A model generated the notes under the pieces. That model was not told where the DNA came from. It saw only the letters and a program-made list of their open reading frames with translations, and did not search any database. The position numbers and the translations under genes were made by a program. A stretch of 64,000 bases of DNA from the NCBI GenBank assembly GCA_020029595.1, contig JAIBJN010000002.1:844-64843 (forward strand), read 5' to 3'. This document shows, in pieces, positions 46,001 to 53,786 of this stretch (within the stretch, counting starts at the first letter, position 1; every line of letters starts with the position of its first letter). This DNA comes from Actinomycetota bacterium. Its GTDB lineage: Bacteria > Actinomycetota > Thermoleophilia > Gaiellales > Gaiellaceae.

Positions 46001-46485
46001 CCGAGGACCCTCACGCCGTTCGCGCCGTGGATCCGGAAGTAGCCCGTCGCGACCGAGCGGAACGTCAGGTCGGACGCGGTCGAGAGCGCCCTCCAGCCGG
46101 AAACGCGGAGCCTTCGGAGCTCGAGGTGGCGCGCGCGGACGTCGAGCCGCCCGACCACGACGACACGGGCACCCGTGACCGGGCGGAAGACGACGTCGCG
46201 CAAGGACTTCTTCCGGCGGTCCAGTCGGATGACCTGGCTCCTGTAGACGCCGGGCCGGAGGAGCACCGTCTGGCCCGGCCTTGCGAGCCTGTAGGCGCGG
46301 TCGAAGGTCCGACATGGCTTCAGCCTCGTGCATGCGCTGCGGTCGGAACCTCTCGTGGACACGTAGAGGCTGCTCGCAGCCTCGGCCGAGCCTGCGAGCA
46401 CGGCGAAAGCGAACGTGCTGAGAAGTGCGGCGAGGAGGATCCTGCGTTTCCCGGGGGTGGGCGCGGCTCCCACATCGGGCGCCAT
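43042..46485 (-). CDS. large secreted multidomain protein: beta-helix / LamG / FN3 / FN3 / beta-helix
   Basis: Track ORF 43042..46578. I start it at ATG 46485 (MAPDVGAAPTPGKRRILLAALLSTFAFAVLAGSAEA, a signal peptide). Module 1 is LYVSTRGSDRSACTRLKPCRTFDRAYRLARPGQTVLL...DAGARE. The LamG region is FDGVDDWLSVADAASLDLSSAMTLEAWVRP...IDEVRVYRRALS. There are two FN3 domains (SISVSWETSTDDVGVAGYGLYRDG; VSLSWNPSSDDAGVTGYDVYRDG). Module 2 is LHLAPGGSDANPCSQAAPCRSLERAYRLARPGDVVEV...DIDGNARPQGAACDAGADE. Confidence 0.8.
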   Translation of the reverse strand: MAPDVGAAPTPGKRRILLAALLSTFAFAVLAGSAEAASSLYVSTRGSDRSACTRLKPCRTFDRAYRLARPGQTVLLRPGVYRSQVIRLDRRKKSLRDVVFRPVTGARVVVVGRLDVRARHLELRRLRVSGWRALSTASDLTFRSVATGYFRIHGANGVRVLGGSVGPSTDVPSLVTASGTRAARSVTVDGTTIHGYHASAQGSRLSCLTVTGVSGLTIRKSHLYDCEFAGLLFEKGGAASPTNVTVENSEIECCRSGSYAVYLDDQSGASWRGFLVRHNSTNAAFGIDPASTTLADLRFYSNIATSFTGCARTGVTADYNVWENGTECGTADVVAPSGFVDQEEQNFELLPGAAAIDLGAPPGYPTSDITGETRPLGGAPDAGARESRATGLVAAYGFNDPVGLSIRDASGLGNNGLAAGASPTTGGRFGGALGFDGVDDWLSVADAASLDLSSAMTLEAWVRPTALGTWRTVVLKEGPGSFTYGLYADTTSNRPSGHVVIGGADLDARGTSQLPLNAWTHLATTFDGSHLRLYVNGAQVSSRAVSGSMTDSAGPLRVGGNAVWGEWFRGEIDEVRVYRRALSNGEVVKDMSSPVREPSDTSPPTAPSALLNGGETATSISVSWETSTDDVGVAGYGLYRDGTSVASSSTTSYTFSGLACETTYTLAVDAYDLAGNSSAKATLTATTATCPVADTQAPTAPTGLTRTESTQTSVSLSWNPSSDDAGVTGYDVYRDGSGVGSTAGTSFAASGLACGTNYAFAVEARDAAGNRSPRATLTASTEACSTGNADLHLAPGGSDANPCSQAAPCRSLERAYRLARPGDVVEVAGGTYGTQRVTFDASKTSSADVVFRAAAGQTPSFAFTEFESGHITIEGLTFRDEWRTWDGISDFTFKDTKGTNFIVFGTRDVSISGGEYGPSPDAYSFVTAPAPGATVPTNIVIDGVRFHDYTRSSASVHTECLHVVSVQNLTIRNSRFERCAVMGLFLTSNPNSSQPFRNVVIENNFFGETISGGYYTVFFDRRVRFEGVQFRNNSLAQTPIFESGTSNYSNFVVSSNLGEQFNFMCNSQVSYSYNVWYSSGTNAAKCGGTDLALNGTPDPGWVDTVAVDLHLRSGSPAIDRGGSVCPATDIDGNARPQGAACDAGADE

Positions 46486-46540
46486 CGGCTCTTCGTACGA
46501 ACCCGGTAATAGCTGGATCGGGGCTAGGCGACGATCACTG

Positions 46541-47716
46541 TCAACGCCGCCACTCGTCCGCGCCCGCATCCGGGGCACGTCCGAAGGGGCGGCGCTGCCC
46601 GTCGATGTCGCGGGCGGGGAAGCTGCTCGGGTTGCCCCGGCCGATCGCCGCCGCGCCGGCGCGGAGGTGGAAGTTCTGCGCCTGCGGGTCGACGAAGCCG
46701 CTCGGGGCCCTGCGATCGTTCGCGCCGCACCTCGAGCCCTGGTACCAGACGTTGTAGTTGACGCGGACGCCCGCGCGTCCGCACCCCTGGAAGGAGGGAC
46801 CGATGTTCCCGAAGAAGCGGAGCGCCGCGACCGTCCTGTTGTCCGGGCCGATTCCGATCGCCTTGTTCGTCGAGTTGTTGCGGACGAGGAAGTTCGCCCA
46901 CCGTTCTCCGTGCTGGTCTCCCAGGTAGATCGAGAAGTAGCCCTGGCCGCAGCAGTCGAGGAAGTTGTTCTCGATCGTCACGTTCGTCGGCGTCGGGACG
47001 GGGCTGCCGGGAATCTTGGTGAAGAGAATGGCGAAGAACTCGCAGTTCGAGAACCTGCTCCTGCGGACAGTGAGTCCGTTCGCTCCAAAGACGTGCAGGC
47101 AGTCGACGTGCGAGCTTCCGTCCGTCTGGCGGTAGTCGTGGATCCTGACGCGGTCGAGAAGGATATTCCTCGCCACCTTCGTGTCGTTCGCGCCCTCGGA
47201 CTGGATGCTGGAGTACGCGTTGTTCGTCGGGCCGTAGCTGCCGCCGATGACCCGCACGCTGCTCGAGCCCATGATCGCGAACCTCGCCGCCCTGACGTTG
47301 CGGAACGTGACGTCGCTGGCCTCCCGCCAGGTACGCCAGTGTGGCGAGAAGTGCATCCCGCGGACCTCGAGGTGAGCCGCGTGAACGTCCAGGGAGTCGA
47401 CGTTCACGCTCGCCCCGGGCGCCGGGCGAAAGACCACGTCCGCTCGCGACCTCTTGGAGGCGTCGGCGGCGATCGTCTGAGCTCCGTAGCTTCCGCCCGC
47501 CACCTGGACGATCTGGCCCGGCCTGGCCACCCGGTAGGCGCGGTTGAACGACCGGCAGGGGGCGGTCCGAGAACAGCGGCTCGCGTCAGAACCGCCCGGA
47601 GCGAGGAAGACGGTCGGAGACGGCACGCGGCGGGAGGAGACGCTCGACTCCGCCGGCCCAGGAGAGGCCAGGGCGATGGCGGCGGCGGCTGCGAGGACGA
47701 GAGGTAAACGGCCCAT
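46541..47716 (-). CDS. secreted right-handed beta-helix protein (single module, paralogue of the modules in the neighbouring large protein)
   Basis: 391 aa. Signal peptide MGRLPLVLAAAAAIALASPGPAES. Then FLAPGGSDASRCSRTAPCRSFNRAYRVARPGQIVQV...NVTIENNFLDCC...DIDGQRRPFGRAPDAGADE. Confidence 0.8.
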   Translation of the reverse strand: MGRLPLVLAAAAAIALASPGPAESSVSSRRVPSPTVFLAPGGSDASRCSRTAPCRSFNRAYRVARPGQIVQVAGGSYGAQTIAADASKRSRADVVFRPAPGASVNVDSLDVHAAHLEVRGMHFSPHWRTWREASDVTFRNVRAARFAIMGSSSVRVIGGSYGPTNNAYSSIQSEGANDTKVARNILLDRVRIHDYRQTDGSSHVDCLHVFGANGLTVRRSRFSNCEFFAILFTKIPGSPVPTPTNVTIENNFLDCCGQGYFSIYLGDQHGERWANFLVRNNSTNKAIGIGPDNRTVAALRFFGNIGPSFQGCGRAGVRVNYNVWYQGSRCGANDRRAPSGFVDPQAQNFHLRAGAAAIGRGNPSSFPARDIDGQRRPFGRAPDAGADEWRR

Positions 47717-47928
47717 TCGAAGACGGCGGTCGAGCGGGCGGAAGCCGCGTAGTATGCCCGTACGGGCTGACGGCTGCGTCAGGTGCGCCGAGGCTGTCAG
47801 CTCGATGGCGTCGCACCGCCCTCTGGCTCACGACTCCGACGTGCCCCGAGTCGATGCCGGCTTCCGCGGCGATACGTCTCAGCGCGTCCGGCGTGAAGTG
47901 CCAGCTCCCGCTCGTGCTGTCGCCGGCG

Positions 47929-48834
47929 TCATGCGTCGGCGCGCGCTCTCGCCAAGCCGATCGTCCGGAGCATCCGCTGCCTCAGCTCCCACCGGGCGAA
48001 GCGGCGGAAGTCCGCGTCGGGTACGCGCTCCGCTCGCCGCACGGCCGCCCGCGCGTAGCCGTAGAAGAACGCAAGTCCCGAGAGCACGACGGGGCGGCTG
48101 CGGGCGGCCTTGAGGGAACGAAGGGCAACCCATGGGAGGCTGAAGTGCGCAATGTACGCGCACTCTCCGTGACGGGCGCGCCCGCGGAGCGTCCCGTCGG
48201 CACTGCCGAGCCGCCGGTGATGCACGGCGACGAGCTCCCGGAAGCTGCGCGTCCGGAAATCCTTCATGCGCGCGTAGGTCTCATCGATCGTGTCCCAGCC
48301 GAGGCGCTCCTGAAGGCCCCCGATCGCCTCGAAGCAGACGCGCGTGTAGCACTTGAGCGCTCCATGGACGTGGTGCGGCGGGATCGGGATGCGCCGAAAG
48401 CGGCCGCGCCGCGCTTCAGCGAGGTCGCCGCAGGCGATCCCGAGCCGCGGGTCGGCCGCGAAGCAGGCGAGTAGCTCGCGGAGGTAGTGCGGGGGGAGCT
48501 CGACATCCCCATCGAGCTTCATGATGTGCGTGAAGTCGCACCGTCCGACCGCCGCCAAGCCGACGTTGAACGCCCTCGGCGCGGCGCCGCCCGCGAGCCG
48601 GTCGCGTGCCGTCTCCGAGCCCCCGCCGCGAGTCTCCACGACCCGCATGAAGGGAACCTCGGGGGCGAGTCGGCGCAGGATTGCGAGCGTGTCGTCGTGC
48701 GAGCCGTCGTCGACCACGACCCAGTGAGCGGGCCGAAGCTCTTGCGCGGCGACCGCGCGGACCACCCGCTCGATGTGCGCTGCCTCGTTTCGCACGGGGG
48801 AGATGACGAGCACGCGTTCGCCGGCGTTCACCAC
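47929..48834 (-). CDS. family 2 glycosyltransferase
   Basis: From GTG 48834, 301 aa. VLVISPVRNEAAHIERVV...VVVDDGSHDDT...KLDGDVELPP (DxD). Confidence 0.85.
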   Translation of the reverse strand: MVNAGERVLVISPVRNEAAHIERVVRAVAAQELRPAHWVVVDDGSHDDTLAILRRLAPEVPFMRVVETRGGGSETARDRLAGGAAPRAFNVGLAAVGRCDFTHIMKLDGDVELPPHYLRELLACFAADPRLGIACGDLAEARRGRFRRIPIPPHHVHGALKCYTRVCFEAIGGLQERLGWDTIDETYARMKDFRTRSFRELVAVHHRRLGSADGTLRGRARHGECAYIAHFSLPWVALRSLKAARSRPVVLSGLAFFYGYARAAVRRAERVPDADFRRFARWELRQRMLRTIGLARARADA

Positions 48835-48927
48835 ACATGCAACGCGCCGGGGCGGCGCGAACTTTCGGGCGAGCGGGGAGTGCTCCGCGTGCAAGCGGCG
48901 GCCCCGCTGCCGCGTTTGTCTCCCGGA

Positions 48928-50859
48928 ATGTGTGGGATTTGCGGCATCGCGTCCGCCGACCCGGCGCGGCCTCCGCTGGACCGCGGGACCCTCGCCAGGA
49001 TGACGGACTCGATCATCCACCGGGGGCCCGACGAGGATGGAGCTTGGATCGAGCCCGGCGTCGCGCTCGGGATGCGCCGGCTCTCCATCATCGACCTCGC
49101 CGGAAGCCACCAGCCCGTCGCGAACGAGGACGGTGCCGTCCGGGCCGTCTTCAACGGGGAGATCTACAACTTCGCCGAACTGCGTGAGCACCTGCGCCGA
49201 CGCGGGCACCGGCTGGAGACGTGCGGGGACTCCGAGACGCTCGTCCATCTGTATGAGGACCACGGGGTCGACTTCCTGCGTCACTTGCGCGGGATGTTCG
49301 CGATCGCGCTCTGGGACCGGCGGGCCCGCCGGCTCGTACTTGCGCGCGACCGCATGGGCGTCAAGCCCATGTACTACGCCGAGACGCAGGGCGGCCTAGC
49401 GTTCGCCTCGGAGGTCAAGGCGCTGCTCGCCGGCGGCCTCCTCGAGCCGCGGCTCGACCCCCTGGGCGCCGAGCTCTTCCTCGCCCATGGTTTCGTGCCC
49501 GGGCCGCGCACGCTGTTTGCCGGGGTCCGCAAGCTGCCGCCCGCCTCCCTGCTCGTCTGGGAACGAGGCCGCGTCGCCGAGCTGCGCGAGTACTGGACGC
49601 CATGGGACGGCGAGGCCACTCCTTCGGCCGGCTGGGAGGACGACCAAGAGGCCCTGCTCGGGCTGCTGCGAGAGGCGGTGAAGGCGCGGATGGTCTCCGA
49701 CGTGCCGCTCGGCGTCATGCTCTCCGGCGGCCTGGACTCGAGCCTGATCGCCACGCTCATGGCCGAGCGCTCCAGCCGTCGGGTGGAGACCTTCTCGATC
49801 GGCTTCATCGAGGACGGGGACGCCAACGAGCTCGACGACGCCCGACTGGTGGCGCGCCGGATCGGCGCAGAGCACCACGAGATGACGACCAGTGCCGTAG
49901 GGCATCCCGAACTTCTCGACGAGGCGATGTGGCATCTGGAGGAGCCGATCGCGGACGTCTCCTGTCTTGGGTTTCTCCTCCTCAGCCGCTTGGCGCGCCG
50001 GTCCGTTACGGTCGCGCTCTCCGGCCAGGGCGCTGACGAGCTGCTCGGCGGCTACCGCAAGCACGAAATCGCCTCGCTGGCAGCGGGGGCGCGGCTCGTC
50101 CCCGGCCCCGTACGGCGGGCGGTGGGGGCGCTCGCGTGCCTGGGCCCGCCCGGCTCCACCTTCCGGCGAGGCCTCCTTGCCGTGACCACCGACGACCCGG
50201 CCGTCCGTCTCCTCGCGATGAGCCGAGTCCTCCAGCCGCACGAGCGGGCCACGCTGCTGAGCCCCGAGTTCCTCGAGCCCGCTGCCGAGGAGGAGATCGC
50301 CGCAGTCGTCCGCTCGCACATTCCTCCGGTGGCGCAGAGTCCCCTCGGCGAGACGCTGCACCTCGACACTCGGCTCGCCCTTGTCGACAACATGCTCCTC
50401 TACTTCGACAAGATGTCGATGGCGGCGTCGCTCGAGGTGCGGGTGCCATTCATGGACCACGACGTCGTCGCCTATTGCTCGCGCCTTCCCGACTCCCGCC
50501 GCGTCTGGCGCCTGCGCCGCAAGGAGCTCCTGCGCCGCGCCAGCCGGGGCCTCATCGACGACGCGATCATCGACAAGCCCAAACGCGGGTTCTTCCACGC
50601 GGCGCTCGGGACCTGGCTCTCCGTGCACCGGGAGGCGCTCGTACGCGAGACGCTCCTCGACGGCCGGACGCTGGCGCGGGGGCAGTACCGTCCGGAGGCC
50701 GTGAGCCGCCTTGTCGCCTCGGCCGCGGCGCGCGACAAGAAGGCGAGCCAGTGCCTCTTCTCGCTCCTTCTGCTTGAGCGCTGGCAGCGGCTGTTCGTGG
50801 ACGGTGACGCACCTGGGCTCCGGCCCGAGCCGGCCGAGCGGGTGGCGCTCGCATCCTGA
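48928..50859 (+). CDS. asparagine synthase (glutamine-hydrolysing) family amidotransferase, copy 1
   Basis: From ATG 48928, 643 aa. MCGICGIAS (Ntn Cys2), HRGPDEDG, FNGEIYNF, LSGGLDSSLIA (PP-loop SGGxDS), LLYFDKMSMAASLEVRVPFMD. Confidence 0.93.
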   Translation: MCGICGIASADPARPPLDRGTLARMTDSIIHRGPDEDGAWIEPGVALGMRRLSIIDLAGSHQPVANEDGAVRAVFNGEIYNFAELREHLRRRGHRLETCGDSETLVHLYEDHGVDFLRHLRGMFAIALWDRRARRLVLARDRMGVKPMYYAETQGGLAFASEVKALLAGGLLEPRLDPLGAELFLAHGFVPGPRTLFAGVRKLPPASLLVWERGRVAELREYWTPWDGEATPSAGWEDDQEALLGLLREAVKARMVSDVPLGVMLSGGLDSSLIATLMAERSSRRVETFSIGFIEDGDANELDDARLVARRIGAEHHEMTTSAVGHPELLDEAMWHLEEPIADVSCLGFLLLSRLARRSVTVALSGQGADELLGGYRKHEIASLAAGARLVPGPVRRAVGALACLGPPGSTFRRGLLAVTTDDPAVRLLAMSRVLQPHERATLLSPEFLEPAAEEEIAAVVRSHIPPVAQSPLGETLHLDTRLALVDNMLLYFDKMSMAASLEVRVPFMDHDVVAYCSRLPDSRRVWRLRRKELLRRASRGLIDDAIIDKPKRGFFHAALGTWLSVHREALVRETLLDGRTLARGQYRPEAVSRLVASAAARDKKASQCLFSLLLLERWQRLFVDGDAPGLRPEPAERVALAS

Positions 50860-50864
50860 GCGCG

Positions 50865-51803
50865 ATGACTCCGGCACCCGACGTCTCGATCGTCGTCGTC
50901 ACTCACGAAGGGCGCGAACGCGCCCTGGCGACGCTGCGGTCTGCTCGAGCTGCGACCGGCGGCGTCTCGGCGGAGTGGCTCGTCGTGGACAGCGGATCGA
51001 CCGACGGCACCCCGGACGCCGTCGAGCGGGAGTTCCCCCGGATGGTCGTCACCCGCCTGCCCAACGTGGGGTTCGCGGCCGCCAACAACGTGGCGCTTCG
51101 GGAGGCGCGCGGGCGGTACGTGCTGCTTCTCAACCCCGACATCGAGATCCTGGAGGGCACGTTGGAGGAGCTCGTCGCGGCGGTTGACGACCGTCCCGAG
51201 GTGGGGGCCGCAAGCATCGTGCAGCTCTGGCCGGACGGCCGCCTCCAGCGCACGATCCGACGCTTCCCTTCGCCCTCGCGACAGCTCGGCGAGGCCCTCT
51301 TCCTCTCGCGCCTGCCGGGGCTCGGCCACCTGCGGGAGGAGGAATGGGACGCAGACGCCTACGAGCGCGAGGTCTCCGCCGACTGGCTCGTCGGCTCCTT
51401 TCTGCTCGTGCGCAGAGAGGCAATTGCCGACGCCGGGCCGCTCGACGAGCGCTTCTTTCTCTTCTCCGAGGAGACCGATTGGTGCCGCCGGCTCCGGGGC
51501 GCGGGCTGGGACGTGCGCCACTTGCCGCTCATGCGAGCGGTGCACCACACGGGTCGGATGCTGCGCCCGGACCTCTACGCGCAGAACAGCCACTCGAAGC
51601 TCCTGTACGTCCGCAAGCACTTCGGCCCGGCCCGGCGGGGAGCCTTCCGCGGAGCGCTGGCGCTGCGCCACGCCCTGCGGGTCGCCGCTCTTGCACCCAC
51701 AGCGCTCACCCGCCCGGCCGCACGCGGTCGCGCACACGCCGAGGCGAAGGCGCTCGCGGTTGTGCTCGGCCTAGCGCAGCCCCCTGCCAGACCGCCCGGC
51801 TGA
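50865..51803 (+). CDS. family 2 glycosyltransferase
   Basis: 312 aa. VSIVVVTHEGRE..., LVVDSGSTDGT, GFAAANNVALREARGRYVLLLNPDIE (DxD-like), FSEETDWCRR. Confidence 0.88.
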   Translation: MTPAPDVSIVVVTHEGRERALATLRSARAATGGVSAEWLVVDSGSTDGTPDAVEREFPRMVVTRLPNVGFAAANNVALREARGRYVLLLNPDIEILEGTLEELVAAVDDRPEVGAASIVQLWPDGRLQRTIRRFPSPSRQLGEALFLSRLPGLGHLREEEWDADAYEREVSADWLVGSFLLVRREAIADAGPLDERFFLFSEETDWCRRLRGAGWDVRHLPLMRAVHHTGRMLRPDLYAQNSHSKLLYVRKHFGPARRGAFRGALALRHALRVAALAPTALTRPAARGRAHAEAKALAVVLGLAQPPARPPG

Positions 51804-51866
51804 TCCCGCGCCCTCAGAACTCCATTCGGTCCGGCAGCCGAGGTCTTCGCTTTCGAAAGGGGTTCT

Positions 51867-53786
51867 TTAGGCGGACGCGAGCGTGGTCGTCGAGGCCGTC
51901 GCGGAACTCGCTGCCACCTCGCGCTGCCAGAGCTCGAGGACCAGCAAAGACCAGAGACGGGGAGCCTCCGCATCGACGCCTGCGGCGTGCTGCGCGAGCA
52001 TCGCCTCCACGGACTCCCGGCGGAACCAGCCGCGGCCGACGGCCTCCCCGTCGAGCAATATCTCGCGCGCCCATCCGGAGAGCTCGTGTCGCAGCCAGTC
52101 GCTGATCGGAACCGAGAAGCCCTGCTTGGGGCGATCGAGGGTTTCGTCGGGGAGCCAGCCTCGCAGCGCCTGGCGGAAGATCCATTTCTTCTCCGAGCGC
52201 CGTACCTTCAGGTCAGCCGGGACGGCGGCCGCGAGCTCCATGACCTCGTGGTCGAGGAGCGGCGAGCGTGCCTCGAGCGAGTGAGCCATCGTGGCGATGT
52301 CGATCTTGGCAATCAGGTCGTCGGGCAGGTACGTGCACGTGTCCACCTCGAGCATCCGGTCGACCACGTCGCCACCCGTGGCTGCCTGCCACGGGTGGCG
52401 GACGACGTCGACGGCGTCCTCGACTCGCACCTCGGCCAGGAGGGCGTCCGAGTAGAGCGCGGCGCGCTGCTCGTCGTCAAAGATCTGGACGTAGCGCGCG
52501 TACCTGCCCGCCGAGTCGAGAGCGAGCGTTCGCGCTAGTCGCCTGGCGCGCTGGACGGGGTGGGAAATCTCGCCGGTGGCCGGCAGCCGCTCGCCGAGGG
52601 TCGCCCCCGCGCGCCTGAGCCAGCCCGGAAGCGCCTGGAGGCGGTCGGCAAGCGCGTTGGCCACGTAGCGGGTGTAGCCGCCGAACGCCTCGTCGCCCCC
52701 GTCTCCGTTGAGCGCCACGGTCACATAGCGCCTGGTCAGCGAGGCGAGGTAGAAGCTCGGGATGGCGGACGAGTCGGCGAACGGCTCGCCGTGATGCCGG
52801 ACGATTCGCGGCAGAACATCGATCGCGTCCGGGCGCACGACGAACTCGTGGTGGTCCGTGCCGAACAGCTCGGCGATCCGGCGCGCGTGGGGCAGCTCGT
52901 CGAAGGCCTCGCGGTCGAAGCCGATCGAGAAGGTCCGGACCGGCCCAGAGGAGGCCTCGGCCATGGCTGCGACCACCGCGGAGGAGTCGATCCCGCCCGA
53001 GAGGAAGGCGCCGAGCGGGACGTCGGCGACGAGGCGCCGGCGGGTGGCGGCGCGGAGGGCGTCGCGGATGCGCTCGCACAGCTCCTCGGTCGCAAGGGGC
53101 TCGAGCTTGCGGCCGTAGTCGAGGGCCCAGTACCGGTCGACGGCCACTCGGCCGTCGCGCCAGAGGAGCGTGTGCGCCGGCGGCAGCTTGCGAACCGCCC
53201 GGAACGCCGAGAGCGGGGCAGGGACGTAGCCGTAGGCAAGGTAGCGGTCGATGGCCGCGTAGTCCGCGTCCCGCGGGACCTCCGCGTCCTCGAGGAGCGC
53301 GCGCACCTCGGACGCGAACGTAAGCCGTCCGTCACGGAGCGCGTAGAAGAGCGGTTTCTTACCCAACCGGTCGCGCGCGAGCAGGAGCTGCCGCCGGCGC
53401 GCGTCCCAGAGCGCGAAGGCGAACATCCCGTGCAGGCGGCGGACGCAGGCGGGCCCGAGCTCCTCGTAGAGGTGGACGATCGTCTCCGTGTCTCCCTGCG
53501 TGGCGAAGCGGTGCCCCCGCGCCTCGAGCTCCCGACGCAGCTCGCGGTAGTTGTAGATCTCCCCGTTGAGAACGACGACGACCGACCCGTCCTCGTTGGG
53601 GATGGGCTGGTCACCCGTCTCGAGATCGATGATCCGGAGCCGCTGAATCCCGAGCCCGATGCCGTCGTCGGCGAAGAGGCCGCGGGAGTCGGGCCCGCGG
53701 TGCTCCAGGGCCGCGCACATGCGGGGGACGAGCTCCGGGTCGATCGGAGCCCGATCGGCGCGCACCTGGCCGGCGATTCCGCACAT
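51867..53786 (-). CDS. asparagine synthase (glutamine-hydrolysing) family amidotransferase, copy 2
   Basis: From ATG 53786, 639 aa. MCGIAGQV, HRGPDSRG, LNGEIYNY, LSGGIDSSAVVA, IATMAHSLEARSPLLD. The ATG overlaps the flippase stop by 1 nt (TGATG). Confidence 0.93.
   Translation of the reverse strand: MCGIAGQVRADRAPIDPELVPRMCAALEHRGPDSRGLFADDGIGLGIQRLRIIDLETGDQPIPNEDGSVVVVLNGEIYNYRELRRELEARGHRFATQGDTETIVHLYEELGPACVRRLHGMFAFALWDARRRQLLLARDRLGKKPLFYALRDGRLTFASEVRALLEDAEVPRDADYAAIDRYLAYGYVPAPLSAFRAVRKLPPAHTLLWRDGRVAVDRYWALDYGRKLEPLATEELCERIRDALRAATRRRLVADVPLGAFLSGGIDSSAVVAAMAEASSGPVRTFSIGFDREAFDELPHARRIAELFGTDHHEFVVRPDAIDVLPRIVRHHGEPFADSSAIPSFYLASLTRRYVTVALNGDGGDEAFGGYTRYVANALADRLQALPGWLRRAGATLGERLPATGEISHPVQRARRLARTLALDSAGRYARYVQIFDDEQRAALYSDALLAEVRVEDAVDVVRHPWQAATGGDVVDRMLEVDTCTYLPDDLIAKIDIATMAHSLEARSPLLDHEVMELAAAVPADLKVRRSEKKWIFRQALRGWLPDETLDRPKQGFSVPISDWLRHELSGWAREILLDGEAVGRGWFRRESVEAMLAQHAAGVDAEAPRLWSLLVLELWQREVAASSATASTTTLASA

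Noticed and set aside
47717-47928. The 212-bp gap upstream of the beta-helix gene has a minus-strand frame reading ...SWHFTPDALRRIAAEAGIDSGHVGV..., which looks like a helix-turn-helix fragment and could be a regulator or transposase remnant.
   Set aside because: The first start codon I could find in that frame lies downstream of the HTH-like stretch, and only about 25 residues look protein-like. There are no flanking inverted repeats or other mobile-element signatures. This is not enough to call a pseudogene.
48928-53786. The AsnB homologues might be lasso-peptide cyclases, which would make this a RiPP cluster.
   Set aside because: Both retain the N-terminal Cys2 glutaminase nucleophile and full AsnB length. 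No small precursor ORF, PqqD-like RRE or transglutaminase-type leader peptidase is nearby. The neighbours are GT2 enzymes and a Wzx flippase.
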